Assembly: GCA_010093995.1 (NCBI GenBank)
Contig: ML992503.1
Coordinates: forward strand, 859,234-923,233
Source: Elsinoe ampelina
Taxonomy: Eukaryota
Length of the DNA stretch: 64,000 nt
Direction of reading: 5' to 3'
Below the pieces are notes generated by a model that saw nothing but the letters and a program-made list of their open reading frames with translations, was not told the origin of the DNA and did no database searches. Below are positions 34,647-45,604 of the stretch, in pieces. The position numbers were made by a program, and so were the translations under genes. Numbering within the stretch: the first letter of the stretch is position 1; the number at the start of each line of letters is the position of its first letter.

Positions 34647-35667
34647 CTAGCCGACGGACTGATATAGAAGCAGAGGCTCTCCGACGTTCTCGATCTCCGG
34701 GATGGTGCAGCGTAGGTCGAATGCCTTGGCAAGAACAATCTTGAAAATCTATGGTTATCAGTGTCATGCCCAAAAGTGTCATTGGTAATCTGACCTTTTG
34801 CACATTGATGCTGTGGCTGGTACTGCTGAAGATCAAGCTGGCCTTCATTGCCTTTGCAAATCTCTTGGCCTGCAAGCTAATCTCTTCCTGCTCTTCGCGG
34901 GGAAAGTTGACAAAGTGGTCGTACTTGGTACCGACCAGGAAAGGGATAGCAGTCTTATTGAAGCCACGACCTTGACGATACCACTCTTTGATCGAGTTGA
35001 GTGTGCTTTTCCGAGTCAAATCGAACATGAAAAGGATAGCGACTGCGTCATTGCAGACCAGTGGAAGCATGTTGACGAATTCTCGTTGTCCACCAAGATC
35101 CCAAATCGAGAAGGTGATTTCTGTGTTGCGTATGCTGATAGTCTTTTCCATGAAATTGACACCTGCAAAAGTCAGTGCCATCTCTATGCCCCCTTGGAAG
35201 CTGCATACCAAGTGTCTGGATGTAGTCCTCGTCCCAGCTCCCCTCGACGTATTTCACCATTAGACTTGTCTTGCCGATCTGTGCATCTCCCACCATGCCC
35301 ACTTTGATGACCACACTGGAATTCTTTTGTGTTTGTTGACGCTGACCCTGGTCTCCATACTGGCTGCCGTTCATCGCCGAGCCCGGTCTTGAGATGCTTT
35401 GAGGTTGGCCATTCTCATATCTGCAGTTCGTTAGCGCCGGTCGAGTTCAGAGAGCGGTAAGCCGAACCTGTAGTGCGCATCAGGTGTATTCTCGGCCGAG
35501 TGATAAGGTCGACTGAATCCCGTGTCCGAGTATGAAGTTTGCGGCCGATGTTCCCCTGACCCTTGCCGTGCGCCTTGCATCTGTTGGACCGAGGATGCAG
35601 TCACTGTGTGCATACTCTCGTCGTCCATGGCGGGATCGTGCTTGTAAGCGCCGTCCTCGTATGACAT
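34647..35667 (-). CDS. SPG1: Septum-promoting / mitotic-exit GTPase Spg1/Tem1 (4 exons)
   Basis: [42 protein letters not shown]...[21 protein letters not shown]...LVGTKYD...[22 protein letters not shown]. Confidence 0.96.
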
Positions 35668-36222
35668 GATTCCGGCCGAGTGGACAGTCAAGTCCTACGG
35701 CTCGTTGATGTAGAGCAGCAAAAAGGATTGTAGAGCGTGAACGCTAGTTGTGGTATGGATAATTTCGGCTCTTCTTCCCTGGAGTCAGGAACGTTGGTCC
35801 CAGGTCGTGCTTCTGACGGAGGGGCCGCTCAAATCTAATCGATTCTGATCTGGAACCGCGTCAATCATGCATCTTCCTCAACGGCTTGTTGTTTGTCCAG
35901 AAGCCGTCTTGAGATGGTCCGGTGATTTCACGCGAGGTTATTGGCCGCGAAAAAGGACTCTCGTGAAGGGGAGCGCGAAGGCAGTCGAGGAGTGTTTTCT
36001 GTTTGGAGCTGTCGAGCGGGACCACGAGCTGAATTGGTCCACCTTTGCAACGCGATTGGACACACATCAACAGGGCCAGGATTTGATTAAACTTTGCCCC
36101 ACGAGTGCCCAAAGTGCCCGAGCCTCTAGCGCGGAAATCATCCGCAGATCAGAGGGTGGAAATTTTGGCCGTCGTCATGGTCACTTTTATTTTAATTCTC
36201 TTCACGATTGACGGCCGCAACA

Positions 36223-37812
36223 ATGAGCAAACGCAGCGCCGCAGAGACAGACCATGATGCGCAGGCGCTCAAGTCTGGACAACGACCCGAGCAAGAGCAG
36301 AATGGCGGAGACATACCAGAGTTTGAAGATGAATTCGAAGATGAATTCGAGAGCGAGGATGAAATCTTCGAGGCGGGTGTAGATGGACGACCAGATGCAG
36401 AACGGGAAGCAGAAGAGCAGGAAGGTCAGTACTCGATCTGGCAAGGTCAGTGGTCTGCTCTGACACACTCTAGCCATGGATTTGGACCAAGCTACATTCA
36501 TCCCTGGTCGGACAGCACTGGGAGCTGGAGAATCGTTGGCCCCGGATCTTTCGACGTATGAGATGCTGCACACTCTGGAAGCTCCATGGCCATGTCTCTC
36601 GTGCGACGTGCTACGGGATCACTTTGGCGACAACCGCAAGACATACCCAGCGACGGTGTACTCGGTGGCAGGAACACAGGCAGCGCGAGGAAGGGAGAAG
36701 GAGAACCAGATCATGGTCATGAAAATGAGCGGTCTAGGGCGCATGGAGAAGGAAGGCTCAGACTCGGAAGATGAAGACGAAGATGAGGACGAGAACTCGG
36801 ATCCTATCCTCGAGACCAGGACCATACCTCTTGCCACATGCACCAATCGAATACGAGCCCATCAAGCTCCTCAAGCGACAGCTGCGCGACCTGGCACGAC
36901 TCTCACAGCAGCCATGACAGAATCGGGAGATGTTCTTATTCATGACGTTACACCGCATCTCTCTTCTTTCGATACCCCAGGAACAGTCATTTCAATACAG
37001 CAGGATAAGCCAGTGAGCACGATCCGAGCACACAAGAAAGTGGAGGGCTACGCGCTGGACTGGTCACCTTTGGTACCGACAGGCAAGCTCTTGACCGGCG
37101 ACAGCGATGGGAAGATTTTTGCAACGATGCGGACCGAGGGCGGAGGCTTCGTTACAGACACCAACCCGTTCACCGGCCACCAGGGAAGCGTCGAGGAAAT
37201 CCAATGGTCACCGTCAGAGAAGAACGTGTTCGCTTCAGCGAGCAGCGACGGCACAGTAAAGATCTGGGATGCACGATCAAAGTCACGGAAACCTGCCGTC
37301 AGCGTACAAGTCAGCAAACACGACGTGAATGTCCTCTCATGGTCGAAACTGACCACACATCTCCTCGCATCCGGAGCGGACGACGGCGAGTGGGCTGTGT
37401 GGGATCTTCGACAGTGGAAGCCTTCGAGTCAAGGGGCCTCCGTGGCGACCAAACAGAACGCTGTGGCGAGCTTCAATTTCCACAAGGAACAAATCACGAG
37501 TGTCGAGTGGCATCCGACAGATGACAGCATCGTCTCGGTGGCTGCAGGCGACAACACGGTATCACTGTGGGATCTCAGTACCGAGATTGATGATGAGGAG
37601 AGCAAGGATACTGCTGGAGTCAATGACTACCCGCCGCAGCTACTTTTCGTGCATTACATGGATCAAGTAAAGGAGGTGCATTGGCATCCTCAGATTCCCG
37701 GAGCTCTGATGGCTACCGGTGGTAGCGGATTTGGGTATGTTACATGCGTACTGGCATGGCGGGATCTGCTTGCTAACCTTCCGATAGCGTCTTCAAGACC
37801 ATCAGCGTGTAA
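36223..37812 (+). CDS. RRB1: WD40 ribosome assembly protein Rrb1 (GRWD1), 3 exons
   Basis: Acidic N-terminus EFEDEFEDEFESEDE, WPCLSCDV, EGYALDWSP, GHQGSVEEIQWSP, PPQLLFVH, HWHPQIPG. A final intron at about 37735-37787 gives the ending GFGVFKTISV*. Confidence 0.95.
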
Positions 37813-38095
37813 GCTGATCCTCTTCGGGCAAAGTCGCAGTGCCACGACGGGAAGTCCAGCATTTCGGAACCAGCCGATTCTTGATCGCCAGCGACCTGTC
37901 AAGACAAGCGTCACGCAGATCAGGCTAGACCGCCATGGCCGCTCCTCCACATTCGTCGTGATGTATCGACGCAAATCAGCTCCTTCTAAAGAGAGCAGAG
38001 ATGACGCTGATGGCGGGTTTCTGCTTAGTTCCTGAATGCAGAGCATCGGAAAAGAAAAGCTCATAGCAGGATACTTGTGGTGAGCTTGGGCGAGA

Positions 38096-38935
38096 TCATT
38101 TGATGTCCTCCCGTCGCAGATCATTCACGACCATATATCGTGATATACTGATCCAACCCCATCTGAACCATCGCATTTGACTTTTGTGTGCTTCCGTCAT
38201 GGCTCTCTGCCCACTTCTGTACCCTCCAACGCCGCTGATCGCAAGGAGCGGATCCGGATACTCCCCTCCCTTCTTCCTGCTCAAGAGCCTCGCGACGACC
38301 GTAATGGGGACATCCAAGATCGATGCGTACTTCCTCGCAACCCCCAGCGAAGGCAAAACGTACAACTTCACAGCAGCATCCCAACCTTCCCTCCCCTTGA
38401 CCAAAGTTCGCACAAATGCCTTCGCCCCATGATACAGCGAGATATGATTTGGATGACCCGACACCCCCTGCCCATCAAACGTGATCAGCACATCAATCCC
38501 AGCTTTCACCGGCCCATCCCTCTTCGCCTTTTCCAACTCCGGCACAAACGTCTTCGTCAATAAATCCACAATCGGACTCTCATCCCACGTCCTCGTCATC
38601 GAATCCGGGAACCTCTCATCATCCAAAACCAGCACATCGCTCTCGTTCCGCACCCCCAGCAGCAAGCCGGATTTGACCAATTCCTGCCGGCGGATCGAGC
38701 CCAAGCCGTCAGCGTTGCCGGTGCTGAGGCAGAGGATCTTGAGGTGATTCCCCAGGTGTGGTTTGGTCAGAGCGAGGATCGAGGGGGAGAAGAACATGGC
38801 TTCGTCGTCGGGATGGGCGATGAGGAGGAGGATCCGTTTGCCCCTGAGGGTGGGGAAGGAGGGGGTCAGGTTGGCGGTGAGGAGCCAGAGGGTAAGAGGG
38901 AGGAGGGGGAGGAGGTACCAATTGAGGAATTCCAT
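38096..38935 (-). CDS. GPI12: N-acetylglucosaminyl-phosphatidylinositol de-N-acetylase (PIG-L)
   Basis: N-terminal TM, IAHPDDEAMFFSP, LCLSTGNADGLG, TFDGQGVSGHPNH, HKSQMRWFRWGW, SRYMVVNDL. Confidence 0.96.
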   Translation of the reverse strand: MEFLNWYLLPLLPLTLWLLTANLTPSFPTLRGKRILLLIAHPDDEAMFFSPSILALTKPHLGNHLKILCLSTGNADGLGSIRRQELVKSGLLLGVRNESDVLVLDDERFPDSMTRTWDESPIVDLLTKTFVPELEKAKRDGPVKAGIDVLITFDGQGVSGHPNHISLYHGAKAFVRTLVKGREGWDAAVKLYVLPSLGVARKYASILDVPITVVARLLSRKKGGEYPDPLLAISGVGGYRSGQRAMTEAHKSQMRWFRWGWISISRYMVVNDLRREDIK

Positions 38936-39296
38936 TGATGCTGGTGTTGTGCTAGCTTGTCATATTGATTTGTGAACGATTTTGTCGTACTTGTCGAGTG
39001 CTAAACGTGAGGTGAGGTTGGGAGGGAGCCCGCAACCTCACCTGCCAAGACCTTCAATTTCACTCGGAAAATTCGATTTCACATCCGATATCCTTACCAC
39101 TTGTTAGACTTTACACATCAACTTCACCTCTACCAAATCAACCCCATTCAAGCCGCAAAGTTTATGTTCAAATCAAGTCCGGATGGTGAATTGTGCTCGC
39201 AAGAGGCGTACCAGGTTCACGACAACGACTGCCGATGTTTGACTTTAGCCGCATCCGCCCGAGGTCCTGGATAACCTCGCTATTGGTCGGCACCGT

Positions 39297-39368
39297 CATG
39301 CATACGGTAGCTTCCGCCAAAACAGTCAAAACAGTCAAAACGCTCAAAACCATCAAAACGCTCAAACC
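39297..39368 (+). repeat. Left TIR plus 9-bp subterminal repeats (NNTCAAAAC)
   Basis: catgcatacggtagcttccgccaaaac agtcaaaac agtcaaaac gctcaaaac catcaaaac gctcaaacc. Confidence 0.9.
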
Positions 39369-39789
39369 CAGTATTTGCTATTATACCACCTCCCCGCGTA
39401 CCACCTATACCACTTATTGCAATGATTCTTATTGCAATTGACAGCTCTTATAACGCTCTATCGTTTAATATAAGTATTATTCTCTTATTATATACCTTTA
39501 GTTTTTTGTGGCTTAGCGCTAGTATAAAAGCTAGATGCGCTGGTTTTCTATACCTTTCTTCCTATTACCCCTTAATATACTACACTACTCGATATAGCTT
39601 TATAATCCGCTACAATCGAGGTAGATAGGCCTCTTATCAAGTACTAGTTACTACACAAGCGCTATAATTAGCCTAAAGTACTCTAGAGGCTATTAAGGCG
39701 TAGTTACACCCTGTCGCTTAGAATGCTCTAGCGCCTCTTATAAGGCTAGTAGCTCTCTATCTACCCTAAGGCACTAGTTAACTCCGAGG

Positions 39790-40980
39790 CTCTCTACTAT
39801 AGCATTAAGGAGCTATTCTAGCTATGTATTAGCTAGTAAGAGACGCTAGAGGTACTAAAAGAGTAAGGCTTTAATATATCGTTAGGGACGCTAAAGCGCC
39901 TACGTAAAGAGTTAGGCCTTATCTATTAGATTAATCGAGAAGAGGACGAGGTTAAGTATAAGCGAATATAGTAGCTACTATAAAGTAAATACGACGCTAG
40001 TAATATTAAGGATTAGAGCCTTAGCTACCTTTATACCTATATAAGGCAGAAGTATAGGATTGTCGAGAGGTAATACATGTTTGTAATACGTTTACTAGTT
40101 AGTTTACTAACTCTAACCTAGTCGGCGCCTTTACTGCGCTATAATTGTAATTAATTCCTTAGCGTTCTAGATTTATAGTAACTAGCGGCCTGCCGGTCAC
40201 GGCGTATAAGACGTACTAGAGCTAAACTATACCTAGTCGATAGACGCCTATTATAAGCTTAAGGAGTATAGTATTGAGATTTATGCCGTAATTAACGAAT
40301 TTTCACGCTATATTATTTAGGCCTATATAGGCTTCTTAGTAAGGAAGGCTATATTAATTATAAAGTAGTATACTACTATTACTACCTTATATAGCCGAAT
40401 CCCCCTCGAGATCCGCATAGATAGAGGGAGTAAGACTATAATAGTCTTATAAGTGTATCTCGACGCTTGGCGTTAGCTAAGTAGTCTCCCTTTAGAGGTG
40501 AATAAAGCCTTCTTATTCGGCACAAGTAAGCAGAATTAGCGTATTAAATTATAGTAGGCCTAGCTTACGAAGAGTACTACGAACTACTAGCGAAGATAGT
40601 TTACTAAGCTAAAGAAGTTAAAGCGCTAGAAGCGTAATCTTATTACTTACTAAGTCGCTCTTATAGCTATATACATGCCTATTCTTCGTATAGAGGTATA
40701 GCAATTCGTGTATTAATAGAACTATTACTGTATCCGGAAGTAGCTAAGACAACTGTATATAATTATAGAGGTGCTAAGGCTTTTATATTATTATCTAGAG
40801 ATAGTCGACGTATAGAACTATACTATTGCTATACTACCTAACTAATTCGATAATTTAGACTAGTACACTAGCGAATTTAGTAAGGTATAAGTACTAATAG
40901 ATATTTGTAGCTAATTAAGCACTAGATTATAAGTAATATCTACCCTCTAACACCCTTAATCTCTATACCTTAATTCTCTC
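39790..40980 (+). pseudogene. RIP-degraded transposase (N-terminal HTH plus integrase-core DDE); boundaries approximate
   Basis: Still readable as is: GFNISLGTLKRLRKELGL. After reversing RIP-type changes: PGPNYTWSxDAYxKLxEYGIEIYA.ID.FSRYIIW (~40215-40320), IPLEIRxDRGSET (~40400-40437), FGTSKQNQRIExWW (~40515-40557), FV..WNHH.IRK (~40705-40740). Intron-like GT...CTAAC...TAG at ~40069-40121. Confidence 0.82.
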
Positions 40981-41318
40981 CGCCGCTGGCCTCTAGCCTT
41001 ATAATAGTTAAGTAACTAATACTTACGGTGTTAGACTCCACTAGAGGGCTTATTTTATGCTTCGTAATGTACTAATTAAGCACAATTAATAGTAGTGCTA
41101 TTCTCTACTATTGGAGTGCTAAAAACTAGATAATTCTTAAGGCTATTAATTATATATAGAAGTTGCCGAGCAAATCGTAAACGCTAAGTAAATACACTAT
41201 AAACATCTAACTTATATATATTAAATCCCCTCTCTAATATACTAGGGCTTTCCTACTCTATTTTCTCTACGGTTTTTACTTATTACTACTATATTGTTTA
41301 TTTATTACTACTAGCGAG

Positions 41319-43085
41319 ATGCCGCTACCTTCTTAGGCACCTTTTTACAAATATAAAGGCTCTAATTACGTAGTTAAATATAGACACCTCGCTAAGTGTT
41401 CTATTTGCTATAAGACTAATCTAAACTATTAATAAGTAAGTATAGTATTAACGCTAGAAGAGCCTTAGTACTAACCTATATAGGCTAGTCTATCTCGCGT
41501 ACTATCTAGTAGTCTAACTCGCGCGCTATCTTAGGCTAACATAGACTAACTCGTAATTATAGTAGCGAATATAAAGCAATCTATAGCGCCGGCGCTAACC
41601 GTATATAGTAGTCTCTTAACTAAAGCTAATACGGCAAGGCGTGCTAGATACTAGAAGGGCAAAAAGGCTAAAGGCGTAGTAGTATAATTGCTATATATAG
41701 GATCTTTGCTAGTCTCTTAGTGTTTATATAAGGACTTACTAAATAATTCGCCTAACGAAGAAACTCCTAAAGGACTAAAGGCTAATAAAGAGTAAAGAAT
41801 TAGACTTTACCTCTACGGCCTAACAATCGAGATAGAGTATAAGCTTAAGCATAGTATACCTTATAAGAAGATTATCTCTTAGCTAGAGCTAACTAAGTAG
41901 ACGGACTAGATTACGCTATCGGAGTTTAATACCGAATTACTAGAGAGTAACTACTAAAGAACGTCCTTCTTGTTAAATTTAGTCTATAGTTACTACTCTA
42001 ATCCTACTATCCGCGATCTAGAAATAGTAATACTACGCTTTACAAAGCGCTATTTCGCACTAATAGAGGACAATAAGGCTATGCCTATTGCTAACAACGT
42101 CTTCTAGTAGCTAAGCATCTAGAAGATATTAGTTAGCCTCCCGCGTAAGCCGAAATTAAAGCGTACTACTATCGAGTATCTCCTTTATGTCGTAATTAAA
42201 CAAGCTAAGGACGACAAGTCGAAGAAACAGTAGAAGTATATAGAGTATCTATAGAGAGAGTTAGAATCTCTAAGTTACGCTACGAACGCTAATATAAATA
42301 TAATAATATCCCTAGCTATAAACACTAAAGCGAATATTAAGGCTAATTCGTAGAATAAAAATCTTTTTATAGAGGACACCGACTTCTCGTTTTTAAATAC
42401 TTCTAACGACGTTAATGTTAAGCTAGAACCCTCGTCGGTTAATAATAAGATTAAGGCCTTAATTGAGGAGCGTATATAGCAAGTTTTAGTAGCTAGGGCA
42501 AAGGGGAAGGAGAAGTAGCCTAGCTAGCTTGTCGACGGCAAGGAGACTATTAACCTTATAGAGTCTTTACTAGCCGCACCTACTACTACTATGCTAGCTC
42601 TACTACTAGAGACTCTACGCTTCTAGCTTTATACTAGGAGCCTTCTTATAAGTATACCGACTAGTATAGTTAGCAGTGTTAAGTCATCGACTATATAGGA
42701 TAATCTCTTTAACTTAGATAGTACTACCGAGCCTCTACTACCTTTTAACACCCCTCGGTAGCTATAGCGTATAGTGCTAAGTAAGGAGACTCTCGGTAGG
42801 CTAATAAACTTACTATATAGCTCTCTCTTTAAAGCTAAGTCGTCTATAGAATTAGAGTAAAGGATTAAGACTAAGGCAACCTCTAAGGAGTATTAAGAAC
42901 AGCACAAGCAAGTTAATAAGCCTAAGTAATTATATTAACCTCGAATATATAAGCAAACACGAAGCAATTACTCGGTTAAGGCTAGTAAGCGTTAAAAGAC
43001 TATAGTTAATCTAACTAACTATACTCTCTATAGTTATACTAGCTATAAGGCTAAAAGGCCTTATAAGTCTATACTAGGGTCATAG
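41319..43085 (+). pseudogene. Second RIP-degraded gene of the transposon, function unknown; 3' end approximate
   Basis: ATG at 41319; Cys/His-rich start (HLAKCSIC survives); canonical intron GTAAGT...TACTAAC...TAG at ~41436-41483; codon-like sequence continues with many TAG/TAA stops. Confidence 0.5.
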
Positions 43086-43364
43086 GCTTGCCTAAAAGGG
43101 TAAGGCGTAGTTTGACACCCTATATATATACTTCTTCTTACTAATAATTCTCTTCTAGTAAAAAACCTCTTTATAGAGAGGAGAGAGAAAGAGAGAGGAG
43201 ATAAGAGCCCCCTACGTAGCGGAGAGTATAAGCACCCTCTACTATATCCTACCGCCTTACTATTAGGGTAGTAGGGTAGAGAGGGGAGATACGAGGGGGG
43301 GTAGGGGTAGGGGTAGTAGTAGGGGTAGAGTTAGGGGTAAAGGTGTTAGTTAGAGGTGCACGAA

Positions 43365-43565
43365 TTAGATAGTGCAAGTTAGACAGTAGTAGAACAGTTT
43401 ATAGTACGAGCTAGATAGGTAGTAGACTAGTTCGTAGTGCAAGCTAGACAGCAGTATACGAGTTAGACAGTAGTAACGAGTTAAACGGCAGTACGAGCTA
43501 GATAGTAGTAACGAGTTAGATAGTAGTATACAAGTTAGATAGTATAAGGTAGACAGTGCAAGTAG
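43365..43565. repeat. Degenerate tandem repeat (about 12-20 bp units, GAGTTAGACAGTAGTA-like) inside the transposon
   Basis: Recurring agttagacagtagt / agctagacagcagt / agctagatagtagt units. Confidence 0.6.
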
Positions 43566-43699
43566 GATCGCTAGTAGTTCGCTAAGCAATTTATAGTACA
43601 TATAGTTACGATTTAACATTGACTAGAGGAGGCAATATAAAGGGAGTAAAATTATAGTCTATAAACTCTAGAAGAATATATAGGTATTATATTTACTAC

Positions 43700-44400
43700 T
43701 AGTTTATAGGCCTATTTACAAGTTCCGCAATTCTATCCCTTAGCTACTATAGCTTAGCCTTAGTAGCGAGCGTATTATTCTCTAGCGCCTCTACTCTCTA
43801 CTTAAGCTCCTTAATACAGCCTATAGTTACTAGCTTCTAATCCTCTAGCTTCTCCTTCGTAAGCTAAGAGGCACACCCCTAGCGATAGTAGCGGCGGTAG
43901 TATATACACGACTTAGACTACTTGTTAAGGAAGTAAGTATATAGCTCGTTTGCCTTTATACACTGTTCGTAGGTGCGTTTACTAATGCCGCCTTCGTTTG
44001 TCTCTATAATGCGGCCGATAGTGTTATATATATAGAGCATTATAAAGTTCTTACTACGCTTGTTACTACTAGTCTCGCAGGTGTTAACGAGCTTAAACTA
44101 GTTTAACTCAGAGATAAACTAAAATCTAGCTAGATTCTCAGTCTTAGAGTAGTAGTATAAGTATATAATAGGGTAGCTATGCGAATTAGTGGCGAACACT
44201 AGCCTAAGGAGCTATAAAGACATATACGGCCTTAGAGTTACTAGTTGTTTCCTTAGAGGTATTAGAGGCATAAGGATCGTTATTAATTATAGCATCTAGC
44301 GCTTACGAATCGTATCTTCTAGAAGGTAAAGTTAGTAGTAAACTAGCTACAAATATGCTATAATATATACTTAGTAGAGGTTGCTTTAGTAGTGTTAGCT
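43700..44400 (-). pseudogene. Third RIP-degraded gene: Zn(II)2Cys6-like cluster plus coiled coil; boundaries approximate
   Basis: Minus strand 43971-43873 gives C-x2-C-x6-C-x10-C-x2-C-x7-C when three TAY codons are restored to TGY; the other three Cys are intact TGT. It is followed by IKELK*RVEALEN...L**LRDRIAEL. Confidence 0.62.
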
Positions 44401-44904
44401 ATAGTAAATATTTAATTAAATTTAACAGGGTTATAATAGTATAGTAGAGTTCTAATTAAACTATATAGTAACTATAAGCTTATATATATTAAAGCTACTA
44501 TTATTGTTGCTAGTTTAAATAGTGACAATAGTAACAATAGTGACAATATAAAGACCTAAAAGCGGTAAGGAACAATAAACACCTACCGGATTAAGCCTTA
44601 CTCTTAGTAGCTTAAATAGAGAATAATAGAGATCTATTCTAATAGTATTTATAGTACATTCGCCGCCGTAGTTGCATGATGTAGGCAATATCAAGGTGTT
44701 AGAGGTAGGAGTGCTAGCGGAGTGCTAAGCACCTCGCCGCCTAGCCGCTGTGACATGCACTAATTACGCTAGTACTAAAATTAGCTTAAAAAAAATACTT
44801 AAAGTTAAAGGATGATAGAATAGATTAATCTGATCAATTTACTGTTAATTATATATCAATATTGACAGAATTAAGGGAGTTAGAGGCCTCTAAACTTTGA
44901 TGAT

Positions 44905-44963
44905 TTGGGGATTTAAGTGTTTTGATGGTTTTGACGGTTTTGGCGGAAGCTACCGTATGCACG
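44905..44963 (-). repeat. Right TIR plus 9-bp subterminal repeats
   Basis: Reverse complement reads cgtgcatacggtagcttccgccaaaac cgtcaaaac catcaaaac acttaaatc. Confidence 0.9.
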
Positions 44964-45604
44964 ACCGTCGTCGGTAAGACGAGGGGGCCAGCGCAGGATC
45001 GCCTGCTCCCAGGTTTTGGAAATGCCCCGCGTCGGAGGAGACCCCGCATCTCCACACTGGGCGATGTACAAAGATGCAAGCCAAGAAACTGAATACAGTG
45101 ACGAAAACACCAGAGTAATTCCTTACAACAAGCCAATTGGGTTGTCACTTCACGTACAACAGTCGGTAAGTACATTTCATCAACTTCTGGCACTTCAAAG
45201 GCCTCAAGTGGCACGCTTGCAACCAAGACAGCCCCCGCGAAACGTCCGTGACCCCTCCAAAGTCTATCCCCAATAGCATCCGGCTGTTCTGGCCGTTGCT
45301 CTCGGCTCACGTCGATTGTGGTCTGTGGGCTACCTCTAGCTCTTCCTTATAACGATCTGCCCCGCCATATTCCCCCACCATGTCCTCATTCGCTTCAAAT
45401 AACATACCACCATCTTTACGCCGCGCCTGGGAAGAAGCAGAACTACTCGAGCAAAAGCTACGTGAACATATTGGGTCAAGACAGCCAGAGCAAAGCAAGA
45501 GCACCTCCGAAGAAAAAGAGCAGGCAACAACACCAGCAGCAGTCAAGCGCAGCACGCAGCAATCGTCCACCACTGAGCAGAAGGCTGTCTCTCCTCCGAC
45601 CACC

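Larger units (their letters stand above)
39297..44963. mobile_element. RIP-inactivated TIR DNA transposon, 5667 bp, integrase-type DDE (probably IS3EU-like)
   Basis: 27-bp TIRs C(A/G)TGCATACGGTAGCTTCCGCCAAAAC with one mismatch. Direct repeat ACCGT flanks both ends (39292-39296, 44964-44968). Interior is AT-rich with obvious TpA excess and CpA/TpG loss, has no long ORF, and retains transposase motifs. Confidence 0.9.

Noticed and set aside
37735..38035. C-terminal extension of the RRB1 ORF in the track
   Set aside because: Read-through of a GT-AG intron; splicing restores the conserved GFGVFKTISV end at 37812.
39299..39302. Alternative end model with a 4-bp TGCA TSD and TAC...GTA termini
   Set aside because: TGCA is palindromic, so it cannot be excluded, but the exact ACCGT direct repeat just outside both ends favours the longer TIR. 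Other copies are needed to settle it.
39315..39368. Short repeat array as CRISPR-like or telomeric repeats
   Set aside because: No spacers, not TTAGGG, eukaryotic context; mirrored at the other end of the transposon.
39400..44900. AT-rich block as centromere, NUMT or LTR retrotransposon
   Set aside because: Bounded by inverted rather than direct repeats; no RT, gag or mitochondrial motifs seen; the TpA bias fits RIP of a single element.
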